Source of the DNA: Nitrospinaceae bacterium
GTDB lineage: Bacteria; Nitrospinota; Nitrospinia; Nitrospinales; Nitrospinaceae
Assembly (NCBI GenBank): GCA_965223665.1
Contig: OZ245011.1
Span: 2,720,001-2,784,000 of the forward strand
Direction: 5' to 3'
Length of the DNA: 64,000 bases
Below, piece after piece: positions 47,702 to 57,420 of this stretch. The notes under the pieces were generated by a model. It did not search any database and had not been told where the DNA came from. It saw nothing but the letters and a program-made list of their open reading frames with translations. The translations under genes and the position numbers were made by a program. Every line of letters begins with the position of its first letter. The stretch's first letter is position 1.

Positions 47702-48699
47702 AAAACTGCAGGACGCCGCAGATAAATAATCGTAACGAGAACCAAAAGAAAAAATACCCAGAAAAATATATATAAACTCATGGATTGACGAGCCTTCTTT
47801 TTTTCCAACCATGTACGCGGCTTGATTCCTTTTGCAAGAAACGCAACTTTTGCAGCCAGGTTTACCGAGACAATATTTGCTGCTAAAAGCAACCCTGCAT
47901 TTGTGGCTAAATCAAATTTTTGGGCTCCCAACATTATTCCCATCGTAGCCGTAGGGGGAAGCAACGCCACTGCGACCATCACTCCCACCAAAACACTAGG
48001 TAATCCAGTAGACATAGAAATTACGGCAGCAGCCCCAGAAGCCATAGCTAAAGCAATAGAGTCTAAGCCCACTTCGGTCCGGGATAGCAATTCACGGCTT
48101 TCAAGATGTAGAGGCCACAAGATTCCTATTATTACTGATAATACAAGCGCAATGGCCAAACCGGTCAACCCTGTTTTCAAGGATTTCCACATTAAATCCA
48201 TATCCCCTAAAGCAGTGGAAAAAGCTAAGGCAATGTTTGGCCCTAATAAAGGAGCAATTACCATAGCACCGATGACCACTGCCACATTATCCTCTAGTAA
48301 TCCAATGGCAACTACTATTGTGGATAAAATGACCAAAACTGTATAAGTATTATTTAGGTTAGAATTGGCTGCAATTTGGTTGTAGAGTTCTTCTCTTGTA
48401 GTAATAACGTTTTTACCTTTTTTGCCTTTTTTACCATTTTCTCCATTATTTTCCTCAAGGCGAGGCAAAGCCGCTTCTGGGGCCAAAACAATTATTTTAG
48501 CAGTTTGACTATTTCCCAACGCCCCCTGAAGAGCGTCCAGCAATTCTTGTCTTTTTTCGTTTCCCACTAAAATGCGAATATAGCAGGTACCATCCTCACT
48601 TTTATGCCCCGTCCAAACAAAAGCCACATCATGGTGCTCCGCAATTGTCGTAATAATGTCCTGGTAGCTAATGTCAGCAAACACTTCTACGATCTTCAT
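47695..48699 (-). CDS. TIGR00341/DUF389 family membrane protein
   Basis: VVIGAMVIAPLLGP and VGVMVAVALLPP motifs. Confidence 0.88.
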   Translation of the reverse strand: MKIVEVFADISYQDIITTIAEHHDVAFVWTGHKSEDGTCYIRILVGNEKRQELLDALQGALGNSQTAKIIVLAPEAALPRLEENNGENGKKGKKGKNVITTREELYNQIAANSNLNNTYTVLVILSTIVVAIGLLEDNVAVVIGAMVIAPLLGPNIALAFSTALGDMDLMWKSLKTGLTGLAIALVLSVIIGILWPLHLESRELLSRTEVGLDSIALAMASGAAAVISMSTGLPSVLVGVMVAVALLPPTATMGIMLGAQKFDLATNAGLLLAANIVSVNLAAKVAFLAKGIKPRTWLEKKKARQSMSLYIFFWVFFLLVLVTIIYLRRPAVFH

Positions 48700-48811
48700 A
48701 AAACTCCTTCAATAACATTTGGCCAATAAGCGAACTAAGTTAGTACTCCTGACTGGCTATTTTAAAAGCAAAAATGTATTTTTGAAAATTAAAATTAGGG
48801 TAGAAAAAAAT

Positions 48812-48844
48812 AAAAAACCAGGAGAGATAAATCTCTCCTGGTTT
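48812..48844 (-). terminator. Intrinsic terminator downstream of the MCP gene
   Basis: AAACCAGGAGAGAT / ATCTCTCCTGGTTT inverted repeat with a T-run on the minus strand. Confidence 0.85.
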
Positions 48845-48878
48845 AATTAAAATGATCACCACTTTTGAAAAGTGATTA

Positions 48879-51629
48879 TTAAACTTTAAATCGACTCACC
48901 AATCTTTGTAGTTCACTGGCCATGGTTGATAAGTCTCCAGAAGCAACTTTTGTTTCGCCGGCACCTTCAGAGGTACTGCTGGCAGCTTTTGCCACACCCG
49001 CAATGTTTTGGGCGATTTCTCCACTACCTCGAGCTGCTTCAGAAACACTACGACTCATTTCTGCCGTGGTCGCCGTTTGTTCCTCTACCGAACTAGCAAT
49101 GGTGTTAGAGATATCATTGATCTGGTTAATAATGGAAGTGATTTCACCAATAGCATCTACGGACTCCTGAGTGCTTTGTTGAATGTCCTGTATTTTACTA
49201 CTAATGTCATCCGTAGCTTTGGCTGTCTGATTTGCTAATTCTTTTACCTCGTTGGCAACAACTGCAAATCCCTTACCTGCCTCACCAGCACGAGCCGCTT
49301 CGATAGTAGCATTTAAGGCAAGTAAATTAGTTTGCTCTGCAATCGAAGTGATCACCTTAATGACCTGTCCGATTTCTGAACTGCTTTCGCCAAGTTTTTG
49401 GATCGTATTATTAGTACTTTCTGCTAATTTGACCGCGGTAGAAACTACATGAGCAGCATCATTCGCATTTTTGGCAATTTCTTTAATACTGGCACTCATT
49501 TCCTCCGTTCCTGTAGCAACCGTATCTACATTTTTGCTCACTTCTTCTGAAGCAGCAGATACCACCGTTGCTTGAGATGAGGTTTCATCTGCATTAGCAA
49601 CCATTTGTTGACTCACTAATGATAATTGCTCAGAAGAGCCGGTTAAAGAAGTTGCGTTTTGATTAATTTTAGAAATGCTATCCCGAAGATCTGTGAAGAA
49701 AGTAGATAAACCTTCCCCAATTTTTCCGATAGCATCTTCACCTTTCACCGGAACATCTTGCGTCAAATCACCAGTAGCAGCTGCCTGAACGAAATCCAAC
49801 ATGTGGTCCACTTTAGTTTTAAGTTTCTCAGCCTCTTCTCTTTCTTTTTCAGCTCTTTCTTTTTGACGCTTTTCCTCAGCAACTTTCTCAGTAATTACTT
49901 CCCAAGCCATCATGGCACCCAGGTATTCCTGATTCTTGTCAAAAATAGGTGAAACCTCAATGGAAAGAATTTCTGGACCTAATTGAATGGTAGCTTCATG
50001 AGGTAAGTTAGATGGGTCTCCAACAATTTTGGCAATCCGATTCGGATCCTTATGAAACACATCCATAGATTGACCTACAATCTGATTAGATGGAACAGGT
50101 AGAAGCTTTTCTAAAGAACCTAAAGTCTTTTGTGCATAAGGATTCATATATTGTATTTTTCGATCCGTACCTGCAAAAAGAATATTAATTGGTGCATTTT
50201 CAACAATGGAATTGATCCTTGCCGCTTCACGGTCCGCCTCTTCTTTCGCTTTCGCTTGGTCCAACATACCTTCCAAAGAATTCTTGAAATCTCCTTCAAC
50301 ACCAAATTGAGTGACTTGGGTATTACCATTCAAAATATTCTCAGTATGTTTAATGAACTTTTGAAGTCCTTCAAGCAGTTCATTACAAGACCTGCTAAGC
50401 ACACCCATTTCATCCTGGGAATTCACCATTAAAGTATCTTGTCTCAAATCACCTTTGGAAGCACCCCCCAATACAGTAGATATTTTTTGGATAGGCTGAA
50501 TCATTACCTTGGTTAAAAAGAAGGCAATACCAATTAAAAGAACCATAGTAATGATGGTGGAAACGTTCACAGCCCAGCTAATGTTCTCTTGATTTTTGGC
50601 GGCAATGCCAGAGAAAATATCTACTAAATCGTTGGAAACTTTCCTCAATTTATTAGAACTATCCATCAATTCAGCTCGAGCCTCTCGATAGGGGGTGGAA
50701 TTCACTTCAGAGTTTAAAAGTTTATCCACAAACTGAGTGAAATGATTAAACTCTGTTTCAGCCGCAACAACAGAAGATTGAAACTCAGAGTGTTCTACCC
50801 TTTGAATGGATTTCTTTTCCGTCATTTTTAGATTTGCCGGATAAGAGCCACCTGATTTTACCGCACTTAATGTTTCTCCGAATATGGTTTTAGCAGTTTC
50901 ATATTCAGATAAATCGGCATTTAATTCACTTCTTCCAAACGCAATGTTTTCTGAAAATACCAACTGGTATCTTCGTATTCCTAAAATGTCACCCACCTTA
51001 AACTGGGTCCCCATCATTGCGGAATGACAACCAGCACAGGCTTTAACTACGGCTCGATCAGCGGTATATAATCCCATATAAAGCTTTCCTTTATCCTCAT
51101 AAAATTCGCTGAAAACTTTATCGGGATTTGCTTTTAGATATTTGTTTGCTTTTTGATCTAATGGGGTTTTTAGTTTTTGATTCTTATTAATAGGGTTTTC
51201 TGAAATAATTTGGACATTAAAATCTCTGCCTTTTCCAAATTTTTCATTCACCACCCGGGTGAAAGTAGCGGGAAAAGGAACTGCTGGGTGAGTTTCTTTA
51301 GAAGGATCCATACTGATCCCCAGGTCAATCTTTTTAGCTGTTTTGATAACCTGCTGGGTATAAGTTCCTCGCATTTTTGTAATGTAATTATCTAAGGAGG
51401 CAATTTGTTGTTCAATAGTTTTTACGCGGCTTTTTGCCGTTGAATATCCTAAGGCCGACTTTGCCATCGCTTGAGTAAGCATGCGTTGCCGACCCAAAAT
51501 GCTTGTTATTTTATTATCTTCACCAGCTGATTCCAATGAGTCCCGAATCACCCAGCCAGAAGCTAAAACAATAAGGAACATTACCGCAAACATTCCATAG
51601 ACTTTGTACTTGATTGACAAATTTTTCAC
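48879..51629 (-). CDS. Methyl-accepting chemotaxis protein with PilJ/NarX-like and DUF3365 c-heme periplasmic region, HAMP, PAS and MCP signalling domains
   Basis: Two TM helices; [13 protein letters not shown]...[11 protein letters not shown] with [45 protein letters not shown] at 51629 follows an AAGGGGG RBS. Confidence 0.93.
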   Translation of the reverse strand: MKNLSIKYKVYGMFAVMFLIVLASGWVIRDSLESAGEDNKITSILGRQRMLTQAMAKSALGYSTAKSRVKTIEQQIASLDNYITKMRGTYTQQVIKTAKKIDLGISMDPSKETHPAVPFPATFTRVVNEKFGKGRDFNVQIISENPINKNQKLKTPLDQKANKYLKANPDKVFSEFYEDKGKLYMGLYTADRAVVKACAGCHSAMMGTQFKVGDILGIRRYQLVFSENIAFGRSELNADLSEYETAKTIFGETLSAVKSGGSYPANLKMTEKKSIQRVEHSEFQSSVVAAETEFNHFTQFVDKLLNSEVNSTPYREARAELMDSSNKLRKVSNDLVDIFSGIAAKNQENISWAVNVSTIITMVLLIGIAFFLTKVMIQPIQKISTVLGGASKGDLRQDTLMVNSQDEMGVLSRSCNELLEGLQKFIKHTENILNGNTQVTQFGVEGDFKNSLEGMLDQAKAKEEADREAARINSIVENAPINILFAGTDRKIQYMNPYAQKTLGSLEKLLPVPSNQIVGQSMDVFHKDPNRIAKIVGDPSNLPHEATIQLGPEILSIEVSPIFDKNQEYLGAMMAWEVITEKVAEEKRQKERAEKEREEAEKLKTKVDHMLDFVQAAATGDLTQDVPVKGEDAIGKIGEGLSTFFTDLRDSISKINQNATSLTGSSEQLSLVSQQMVANADETSSQATVVSAASEEVSKNVDTVATGTEEMSASIKEIAKNANDAAHVVSTAVKLAESTNNTIQKLGESSSEIGQVIKVITSIAEQTNLLALNATIEAARAGEAGKGFAVVANEVKELANQTAKATDDISSKIQDIQQSTQESVDAIGEITSIINQINDISNTIASSVEEQTATTAEMSRSVSEAARGSGEIAQNIAGVAKAASSTSEGAGETKVASGDLSTMASELQRLVSRFKV

Positions 51630-51784
51630 AAAAACCCCCTTCAAGTTTATAACGATCGAGCTATTTTCTTAATTAAATGACATATTTAAAACAAAATGGC
51701 CATTTAATCCCTATATTTTGAATTCAGAAATCAGAGTTCAAAAATTACTTTAAAAATTACGGAAATTGGGAAGCGATATAAACG

Positions 51785-51800
51785 TGCAAACTTTATTCCT
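51785..51800 (-). promoter_or_regulatory. Possible sigma54 promoter for the MCP gene
   Basis: AGGAATAAAGTTTGCA = GG-N10-GC; perfect TTGCA, weaker -24 element. Confidence 0.4.
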
Positions 51801-52129
51801 TTTCCTAAGTTTATGGTTTTTGAAAAATTTTGTGTTTGGAGGACTTAAAATTAATTTCAGCACCTAATTTAGGGGATTGTAGGGAATTCCAAGATTATAA
51901 AAAATCCTCTATACGGGTTTCCGTGAAAATTAATGTAATTTAAGTAATTTCAATTCCCTTATTTTGCTCTAGAAAGTCAAGTAGTTAGACAAAGCTATTG
52001 GAGGGGTTCAAAATGTGGCTTTATTCTTTAAAACCAAATCTCTTTTCTAAATTAGAAATTTTGATGGGGCAGTAATTTTTATAAACTTCAAATTCAGAAT
52101 AAGGAATTTTATTTATTGGTTTTTTGAAA

Positions 52130-53011
52130 TTATATTGTTCCGATCCAGGTCTTCCAATTATCCCCAATCATTCCTTTTTCTCGATACCTTTGCATGGCTT
52201 TTTGGCAATCACATGACAATTCCGTACCAAGTAACAATTCGAACAATTGATTTAAAATTTTGGGAAACATTTGGATAGAATTATTCACCGTTTCTTTTTC
52301 TTCTTTTGTTTGCATCCCTTCAAACAATTGTCCAACCTTGAATTCTCTATCTTTAGTCCCTTCTGCATAGTTGGTTAAATAACAAATCGACGCATAACAC
52401 ATTTCCAATTCTCTGGCTAAAAACATTTCCGGGATTAGGGTCATACCGACTAAGTCCCCTCCCAGAATTCGAAACTTTCTAATTTCGGCAGGCGATTCTA
52501 AACGGGGTCCTTCTGTGCAAACATAGACTCCATTTTCATGGTGAGACAGGTTCAGATTATGAAATGATTCATGAAGACACCAACGGATACTAGGGCAAAA
52601 AGGTTCTTTTTGACGAATAAATCCATAACCCCTGTTTTTAAAAAAGGTAGTTTCACGTTTCTTGGTTTCATCAATTACATCATGAGGAATAATAAACTCT
52701 CCCGGTCGAAAGGTTGTATTTATTATTCCCGGACCAGACCAAGAAATAATGCGTTGGGCTCCACATTCTTTTAAGGCATAAATATTAGCTCGGTAATTTA
52801 CAAAAGGCGCTGTAAGAGAATAATCGGTTTCACCATGTCGAGAGAGAAAATAAAAGTTATGATTTTTAGATGCAAATTGATGAACGGGAGCACTTGGACC
52901 AAAAGGAGTCTCATAGGTCAAACAATTTGTTTCTTGGCCTAAGGATTGGGTTTTTAATAGATCGTATGCCCCACTACCTCCAATAACAGCTATTATTGGT
53001 TTTTCAGACAT
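52130..53011 (-). CDS. MTAP-family purine nucleoside phosphorylase (methylthioinosine phosphorylase-like)
   Basis: IGGSG, LSRHG, VNYRANIYAL, TEGPRLESPAE, VGMT and TNYA. Confidence 0.88.
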   Translation of the reverse strand: MSEKPIIAVIGGSGAYDLLKTQSLGQETNCLTYETPFGPSAPVHQFASKNHNFYFLSRHGETDYSLTAPFVNYRANIYALKECGAQRIISWSGPGIINTTFRPGEFIIPHDVIDETKKRETTFFKNRGYGFIRQKEPFCPSIRWCLHESFHNLNLSHHENGVYVCTEGPRLESPAEIRKFRILGGDLVGMTLIPEMFLARELEMCYASICYLTNYAEGTKDREFKVGQLFEGMQTKEEKETVNNSIQMFPKILNQLFELLLGTELSCDCQKAMQRYREKGMIGDNWKTWIGTI

Positions 53012-53037
53012 GATTTGGGTTAAGGAAAGAAAATGAT

Positions 53038-53547
53038 TTAATAATCCAAATAGGTTTCAATATCTGCAACATAGTTTGCAGCAGATTCTCGAATTCCTCG
53101 GCGTTCCTCTTCGGTAAGTTCTCTAGTCACCTTGCCAGGATGCCCCAATACCATACTTCCAGAGGGTATCTTGGAACCTGGAACAACAAGAGATCCAGCC
53201 CCTATAATGCAATTGTCCCCTACCTCGGCACCGTCCATGACAATGGCTCCCATTCCAATGAGACACTGATTGCCTATGGTGCATGCATGCAGAGTGACAT
53301 TGTGGCCCACAGTTACCTCATCTCCAATGTTGAGAGATAAAGTTCTTCTTGCAACATGCAAAACACATCCATCTTGAATATTTGTGCGCTTTCCAATTCG
53401 GATAGAATTGACATCCCCGCGGACCACTGCATTAAACCAGATACTGCTTTCCTCGCCGATGGAAACATCGCCAATCACTTGAGCACTTTCGGTTACCCAT
53501 GATGAAGAATGTATTTGAGGGCTTATCCCTTTAAATGAAAGAATCAT
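53038..53547 (-). CDS. Gamma carbonic anhydrase family protein (YrdA-like)
   Basis: Hexapeptide repeats, RGDVN and NIQDG; three His ligands (LHV, GHN, LHA). Confidence 0.92.
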   Translation of the reverse strand: MILSFKGISPQIHSSSWVTESAQVIGDVSIGEESSIWFNAVVRGDVNSIRIGKRTNIQDGCVLHVARRTLSLNIGDEVTVGHNVTLHACTIGNQCLIGMGAIVMDGAEVGDNCIIGAGSLVVPGSKIPSGSMVLGHPGKVTRELTEEERRGIRESAANYVADIETYLDY

Positions 53548-53620
53548 AAACCTATCCGTTAAATATTATTAAAGGTTCAAAAGACACAATGCCTTTTGGA
53601 CAGAATATTTTGAAAGGTGC

Positions 53621-53649
53621 ATTGTATACCGACTTCTTGCAATTGGCAA
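53621..53649 (-). promoter_or_regulatory. Sigma70-type promoter for gamma-CA / phosphorylase
   Basis: TTGCCA-N17-TACAAT. Confidence 0.6.
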
Positions 53650-53717
53650 AACCTACCCTTAACCTGAAAATAAGTTTAATTCAATCCTTATTAGAAAAAA
53701 CTCTCATAATGATATAA

Positions 53718-55568
53718 ATGTCAGGAAAAAACCTACTTCAAATAAACCATTCTGAGGAATCAATCCTTCCAAACTTTAAATCCGAATACTGGGGTCCCAT
53801 AGCTATAGTTTTATTGGGATTGTTTATGGCCACGATCAGTTGGCAAAAATGGTCTGATTTAATTATTGATTATGGCCAGCAACTCTATATTCCCTGGCAA
53901 CTTTCTGAGGGGAAAGTTTTATACAAAGATATACATTATTTATACGGGCCCTTATCTTCCTATCTTCATGCTGGACTATTTAAAATTTTTGGAACCGGAA
54001 TAATAACTCTTGTCTGGTTTAATTTAATTTTAATTTGTTTGCTCACTTGGATAATTTACTATTTATTTCTAAAGATCTCAGACCAATTGACTGCGATGGT
54101 TGTTTGCTTAACTTTTGTAGGTATTTTTGCTTTTGGACAGTATGCTCTGGGTGGAAATTATAATTTTGTTTGTTCTTATGAATATGGCTTACCTCATGGA
54201 ATATTTCTCTCCTTCTTAGGCTTTTTAATTCTTGATCATTTCATAAAATTTGGAAAGTCAACTTCCTTAATGGGTTTAGGATTTATTCTAGGATTAATTT
54301 TTTTAACAAAACCAGAAGTTTTTCTGGCCGCTTTTTTTGCATTTATTTTAGGTTTGTTTCTTAATTACCCAGCCATTGATTCCCAAAAAATCAAAAAACC
54401 ATTTTTATTGTTCTTTCTTTTATTTTTAATACCCCCCTTGGTGACCCTTTTATTCCTTGCCCAATCTATGCCAATAATCGATGGCCTTAAATCATTATTC
54501 ATTCCTTGGGATTTAATTTTATTTTCTCCAATAAAATCATTACCTCTATACAAATGGGTATTTGGAACTGATGCATTAGGAGCAAACTTATCCAATGCAG
54601 CCATATTATTTATGACCTTCTCTTTTATATTTTTTTCCGTAATATATCTCAACATTTTGATCCATAAAATTAAAAGAAGTCAGATTTTATTGTCCATTAC
54701 AATATCCTTAACTCTATTTATTATATTATTAAAATATCAAGAACAAATACCCTTGTTAGAATTAGCTGCCCCCTGGCCAATATTTTTGATTTTTTATTTA
54801 GGTTTTTATTCAGCTAAACGGAGTCCATTAAAACAAATTCAAACAATCGATGTAACTTTAACTCTGTTCTCTCTTTTATTATTATTAAAAATATTTTTTA
54901 AAGTTCATTTATACCATTATGGATTTGCCTTGGCATTACCAGCAACTTTAGTTTTAATTAAAATAATTTTATTTAACATCCCAACTTGGGTTTCTCAAAA
55001 ATTTAACAAAGTAGCTTTTTATAGGACAACTACTCTAACGTTAGTTTTCGCCTTTATATATTTACATGTTGAGTTTTCTAATAAAATATATTCCCTAAAA
55101 GGTTTCACAGTGGCCTCTGGCTCAGACAAGATCATCGATTACTATCCTGAATATGACAATAGAGGGGTTATTTTTAATGAAGCTCAAAGGTACGTAAACG
55201 AAAATCTTTCAAATACAAATTATCTCTTATCCCTTCCAGATGCGGTGATTTTTAATTACCTAACAAAAAAGCAATCTCCCATAGGATATATAAATTTAAA
55301 TCCAGCCGTATGGTTAGCTATCGGAGAAAATAAAATCCATAAACAAATCAAATCAAGTATTTCGGATTATATTGTACTTGTAGATCAAGAGTTTCCCTAT
55401 TTTGGAGCAAAACATTTTGGAAAGGACTTTGGCAAACCAACTTTTGATTGGATAAAAAATAATTACAAACTTGAAAAACAATTTGGTGAGGTCCCGTTTA
55501 CTGGCAATGGGTTTGGGATTCAAATTTTAAAACGCAGGGAGGACAACACTCAAACTCATGTTGGCTAA
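53718..55568 (+). CDS. GT-C fold (ArnT/PMT-like) integral-membrane glycosyltransferase, paralogue 1
   Basis: Polytopic; WSDLIIDYGQQLY...GKVLYKD...YGPLS, LTKPE; C-terminal soluble domain. Confidence 0.72.
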   Translation: MSGKNLLQINHSEESILPNFKSEYWGPIAIVLLGLFMATISWQKWSDLIIDYGQQLYIPWQLSEGKVLYKDIHYLYGPLSSYLHAGLFKIFGTGIITLVWFNLILICLLTWIIYYLFLKISDQLTAMVVCLTFVGIFAFGQYALGGNYNFVCSYEYGLPHGIFLSFLGFLILDHFIKFGKSTSLMGLGFILGLIFLTKPEVFLAAFFAFILGLFLNYPAIDSQKIKKPFLLFFLLFLIPPLVTLLFLAQSMPIIDGLKSLFIPWDLILFSPIKSLPLYKWVFGTDALGANLSNAAILFMTFSFIFFSVIYLNILIHKIKRSQILLSITISLTLFIILLKYQEQIPLLELAAPWPIFLIFYLGFYSAKRSPLKQIQTIDVTLTLFSLLLLLKIFFKVHLYHYGFALALPATLVLIKIILFNIPTWVSQKFNKVAFYRTTTLTLVFAFIYLHVEFSNKIYSLKGFTVASGSDKIIDYYPEYDNRGVIFNEAQRYVNENLSNTNYLLSLPDAVIFNYLTKKQSPIGYINLNPAVWLAIGENKIHKQIKSSISDYIVLVDQEFPYFGAKHFGKDFGKPTFDWIKNNYKLEKQFGEVPFTGNGFGIQILKRREDNTQTHVG

Positions 55569-57420
55569 TTTAAATAATTCTTACCAAAATAATTCAAATA
55601 TTTTTAATTCAAAACTCTGGTATTTAATAACTATCTTAAGTTCAGTCTTATTTATGGCCAGTATTAGTTGGTTTAAATGGCCAGATTTACTCATTGATTT
55701 TGGTCCTCAAGTATATATTCCATGGCAAGTATCAGAGGGGAAAATACTTTATAAAGATGTTCTCTATTTGTATGGACCATTTTCTGTTTATCTTCACTCC
55801 TTTTTATTTAAGATCTTTGGACCCGGTGTTTCAGTCGTAATATACTTCAATCTATTGGTGGTTTTACTTTTTTCCTATTTGATATTCATTTTATTTAAAA
55901 ACCTCTCTAACCATTTTTCAGCCACGGTAATTTGCATATTGTTCATCACAGTATTTGCTATGGGTCAATACAATGTGATGGGAAACTTCAATTTTATTTG
56001 TGCCTATGTTTATGAACTTCCCCACGGTTTAATTTTAAGTTTCTTGGCGATTTATATTTTTAATAAATATGTATCCAAACCTAAATTTAATAAAGTTTTC
56101 TTATTAGGGTTTATTTCGGGCTTAGTACTTTTAACAAAGATTGAAGTATCTGTTGCTCTAGTTTGTGCTTTAATTTTAGGATTGCTTTATTATCAGATTC
56201 TTTATTCCACGTCCCAAGTTTGCAGGATTAAAACTTTCTCGCTATTCAGTCTCGGAATTCTTCTTCCACTTTTATTATTTTTAATATATTTATGCTCTCA
56301 TTTATCATTTACGCAAGCATTAAGTGCAATTTTTTCTCCCATAAAATATGCTCTCAATGATCAACTTAGGGCTCTTCCTTTATATCAATGGGTTTCTGGT
56401 ACTAGCGCATTATCAAAAAATCTAATAAATATTACTTTGGGTCTAATTTCTCTGACATTTATTTTTTCATTCATCGCAATGGTTTCTTATAGTCGAATTC
56501 CTTTTCTTAAAAGTCACACCAATTTACCTATAATTTTTATCATTTCTTTATTTTCAATAATTCTATTATTTAATAATCAAATATCATGGAAAGAAATCAT
56601 TAAACCACTTCCGGTGTTTCTTTTAATCTTAACCTTTTACTTTATTAAAAAAATAAATGAATCTCCTAGATCTTCTAATAATATCAGTCATTATTTTACT
56701 CAGTTAATCTTTTCAATTTTTTCATTTATTCTTCTTTTGAAAATTATATTTAATGTTCATTCATTTCATTACGGGTTTGCCTTAGCACTTCCGGGAACCT
56801 TAATTCTAGTAAAATTTTTTCTAAATGATTTTCCAAAATGGTTTTCAAAAAACGTAGTTATTTCACCCTTATATATAAATTCTTGCATGGGGTTGATCCT
56901 GATTTATATTTTTAACCACATTTATATTTCCAAAGAATTTTATGAATTGAAAAACTACCCAGTGCAACTCGAAAATAACAAAATAATGACTTATTTTCCC
57001 AATTTAGATCCTCGCGGAAAGATTGTACAAGAGGCATTAAATTTTATAGATACAAAAATTGAAAAGGATGTTCCAATAGCTCCGATACCCTATGGTCTTA
57101 TGATTAACTTTTTCACTAAACATCCTAATTCCTTAGTATCTTCAACCTATAATCCAGGCGAAGCCTTAATTTTTTCCGAAAAAAAATATTTATCAGACCT
57201 TAAGGAAAAATCTCCGCCATATATTTTACTTTTAGAGGTTGACTCTCAAATTTTAGGTGCCAGATATTTTGGGCAGGATTATGCTAAGACAATTTACAAA
57301 TGGATTCTAGGTAACTACACTCTTATTAAACAGTTTGGAGAAACTCCTTTTACCGGAAAAGGATTTGGTATTCAGATTTTAAAGCGGAAGGAAAACAATC
57401 AAAAAACCAATGTTAGTTAG
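55558..57420 (+). CDS. GT-C fold glycosyltransferase, paralogue 2
   Basis: WPDLLIDFGPQVY...GKILYKD...YGPFS, LTKIE and HYGFALALPG. Confidence 0.72.
   Translation: MLANLNNSYQNNSNIFNSKLWYLITILSSVLFMASISWFKWPDLLIDFGPQVYIPWQVSEGKILYKDVLYLYGPFSVYLHSFLFKIFGPGVSVVIYFNLLVVLLFSYLIFILFKNLSNHFSATVICILFITVFAMGQYNVMGNFNFICAYVYELPHGLILSFLAIYIFNKYVSKPKFNKVFLLGFISGLVLLTKIEVSVALVCALILGLLYYQILYSTSQVCRIKTFSLFSLGILLPLLLFLIYLCSHLSFTQALSAIFSPIKYALNDQLRALPLYQWVSGTSALSKNLINITLGLISLTFIFSFIAMVSYSRIPFLKSHTNLPIIFIISLFSIILLFNNQISWKEIIKPLPVFLLILTFYFIKKINESPRSSNNISHYFTQLIFSIFSFILLLKIIFNVHSFHYGFALALPGTLILVKFFLNDFPKWFSKNVVISPLYINSCMGLILIYIFNHIYISKEFYELKNYPVQLENNKIMTYFPNLDPRGKIVQEALNFIDTKIEKDVPIAPIPYGLMINFFTKHPNSLVSSTYNPGEALIFSEKKYLSDLKEKSPPYILLLEVDSQILGARYFGQDYAKTIYKWILGNYTLIKQFGETPFTGKGFGIQILKRKENNQKTNVS

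Noticed and set aside
48851-48880. AATGATCAC...GTGATTATT palindrome as a Fur-type operator
   Set aside because: It sits at the MCP stop codon before the terminator and does not fit Fur box spacing; more likely a 3' UTR hairpin.
51645-52129. c-di-GMP riboswitch upstream of the chemoreceptor
   Set aside because: No GEMM-type GGCAAAC...GAAA...GACGCAAAGC pattern was found on the coding strand.
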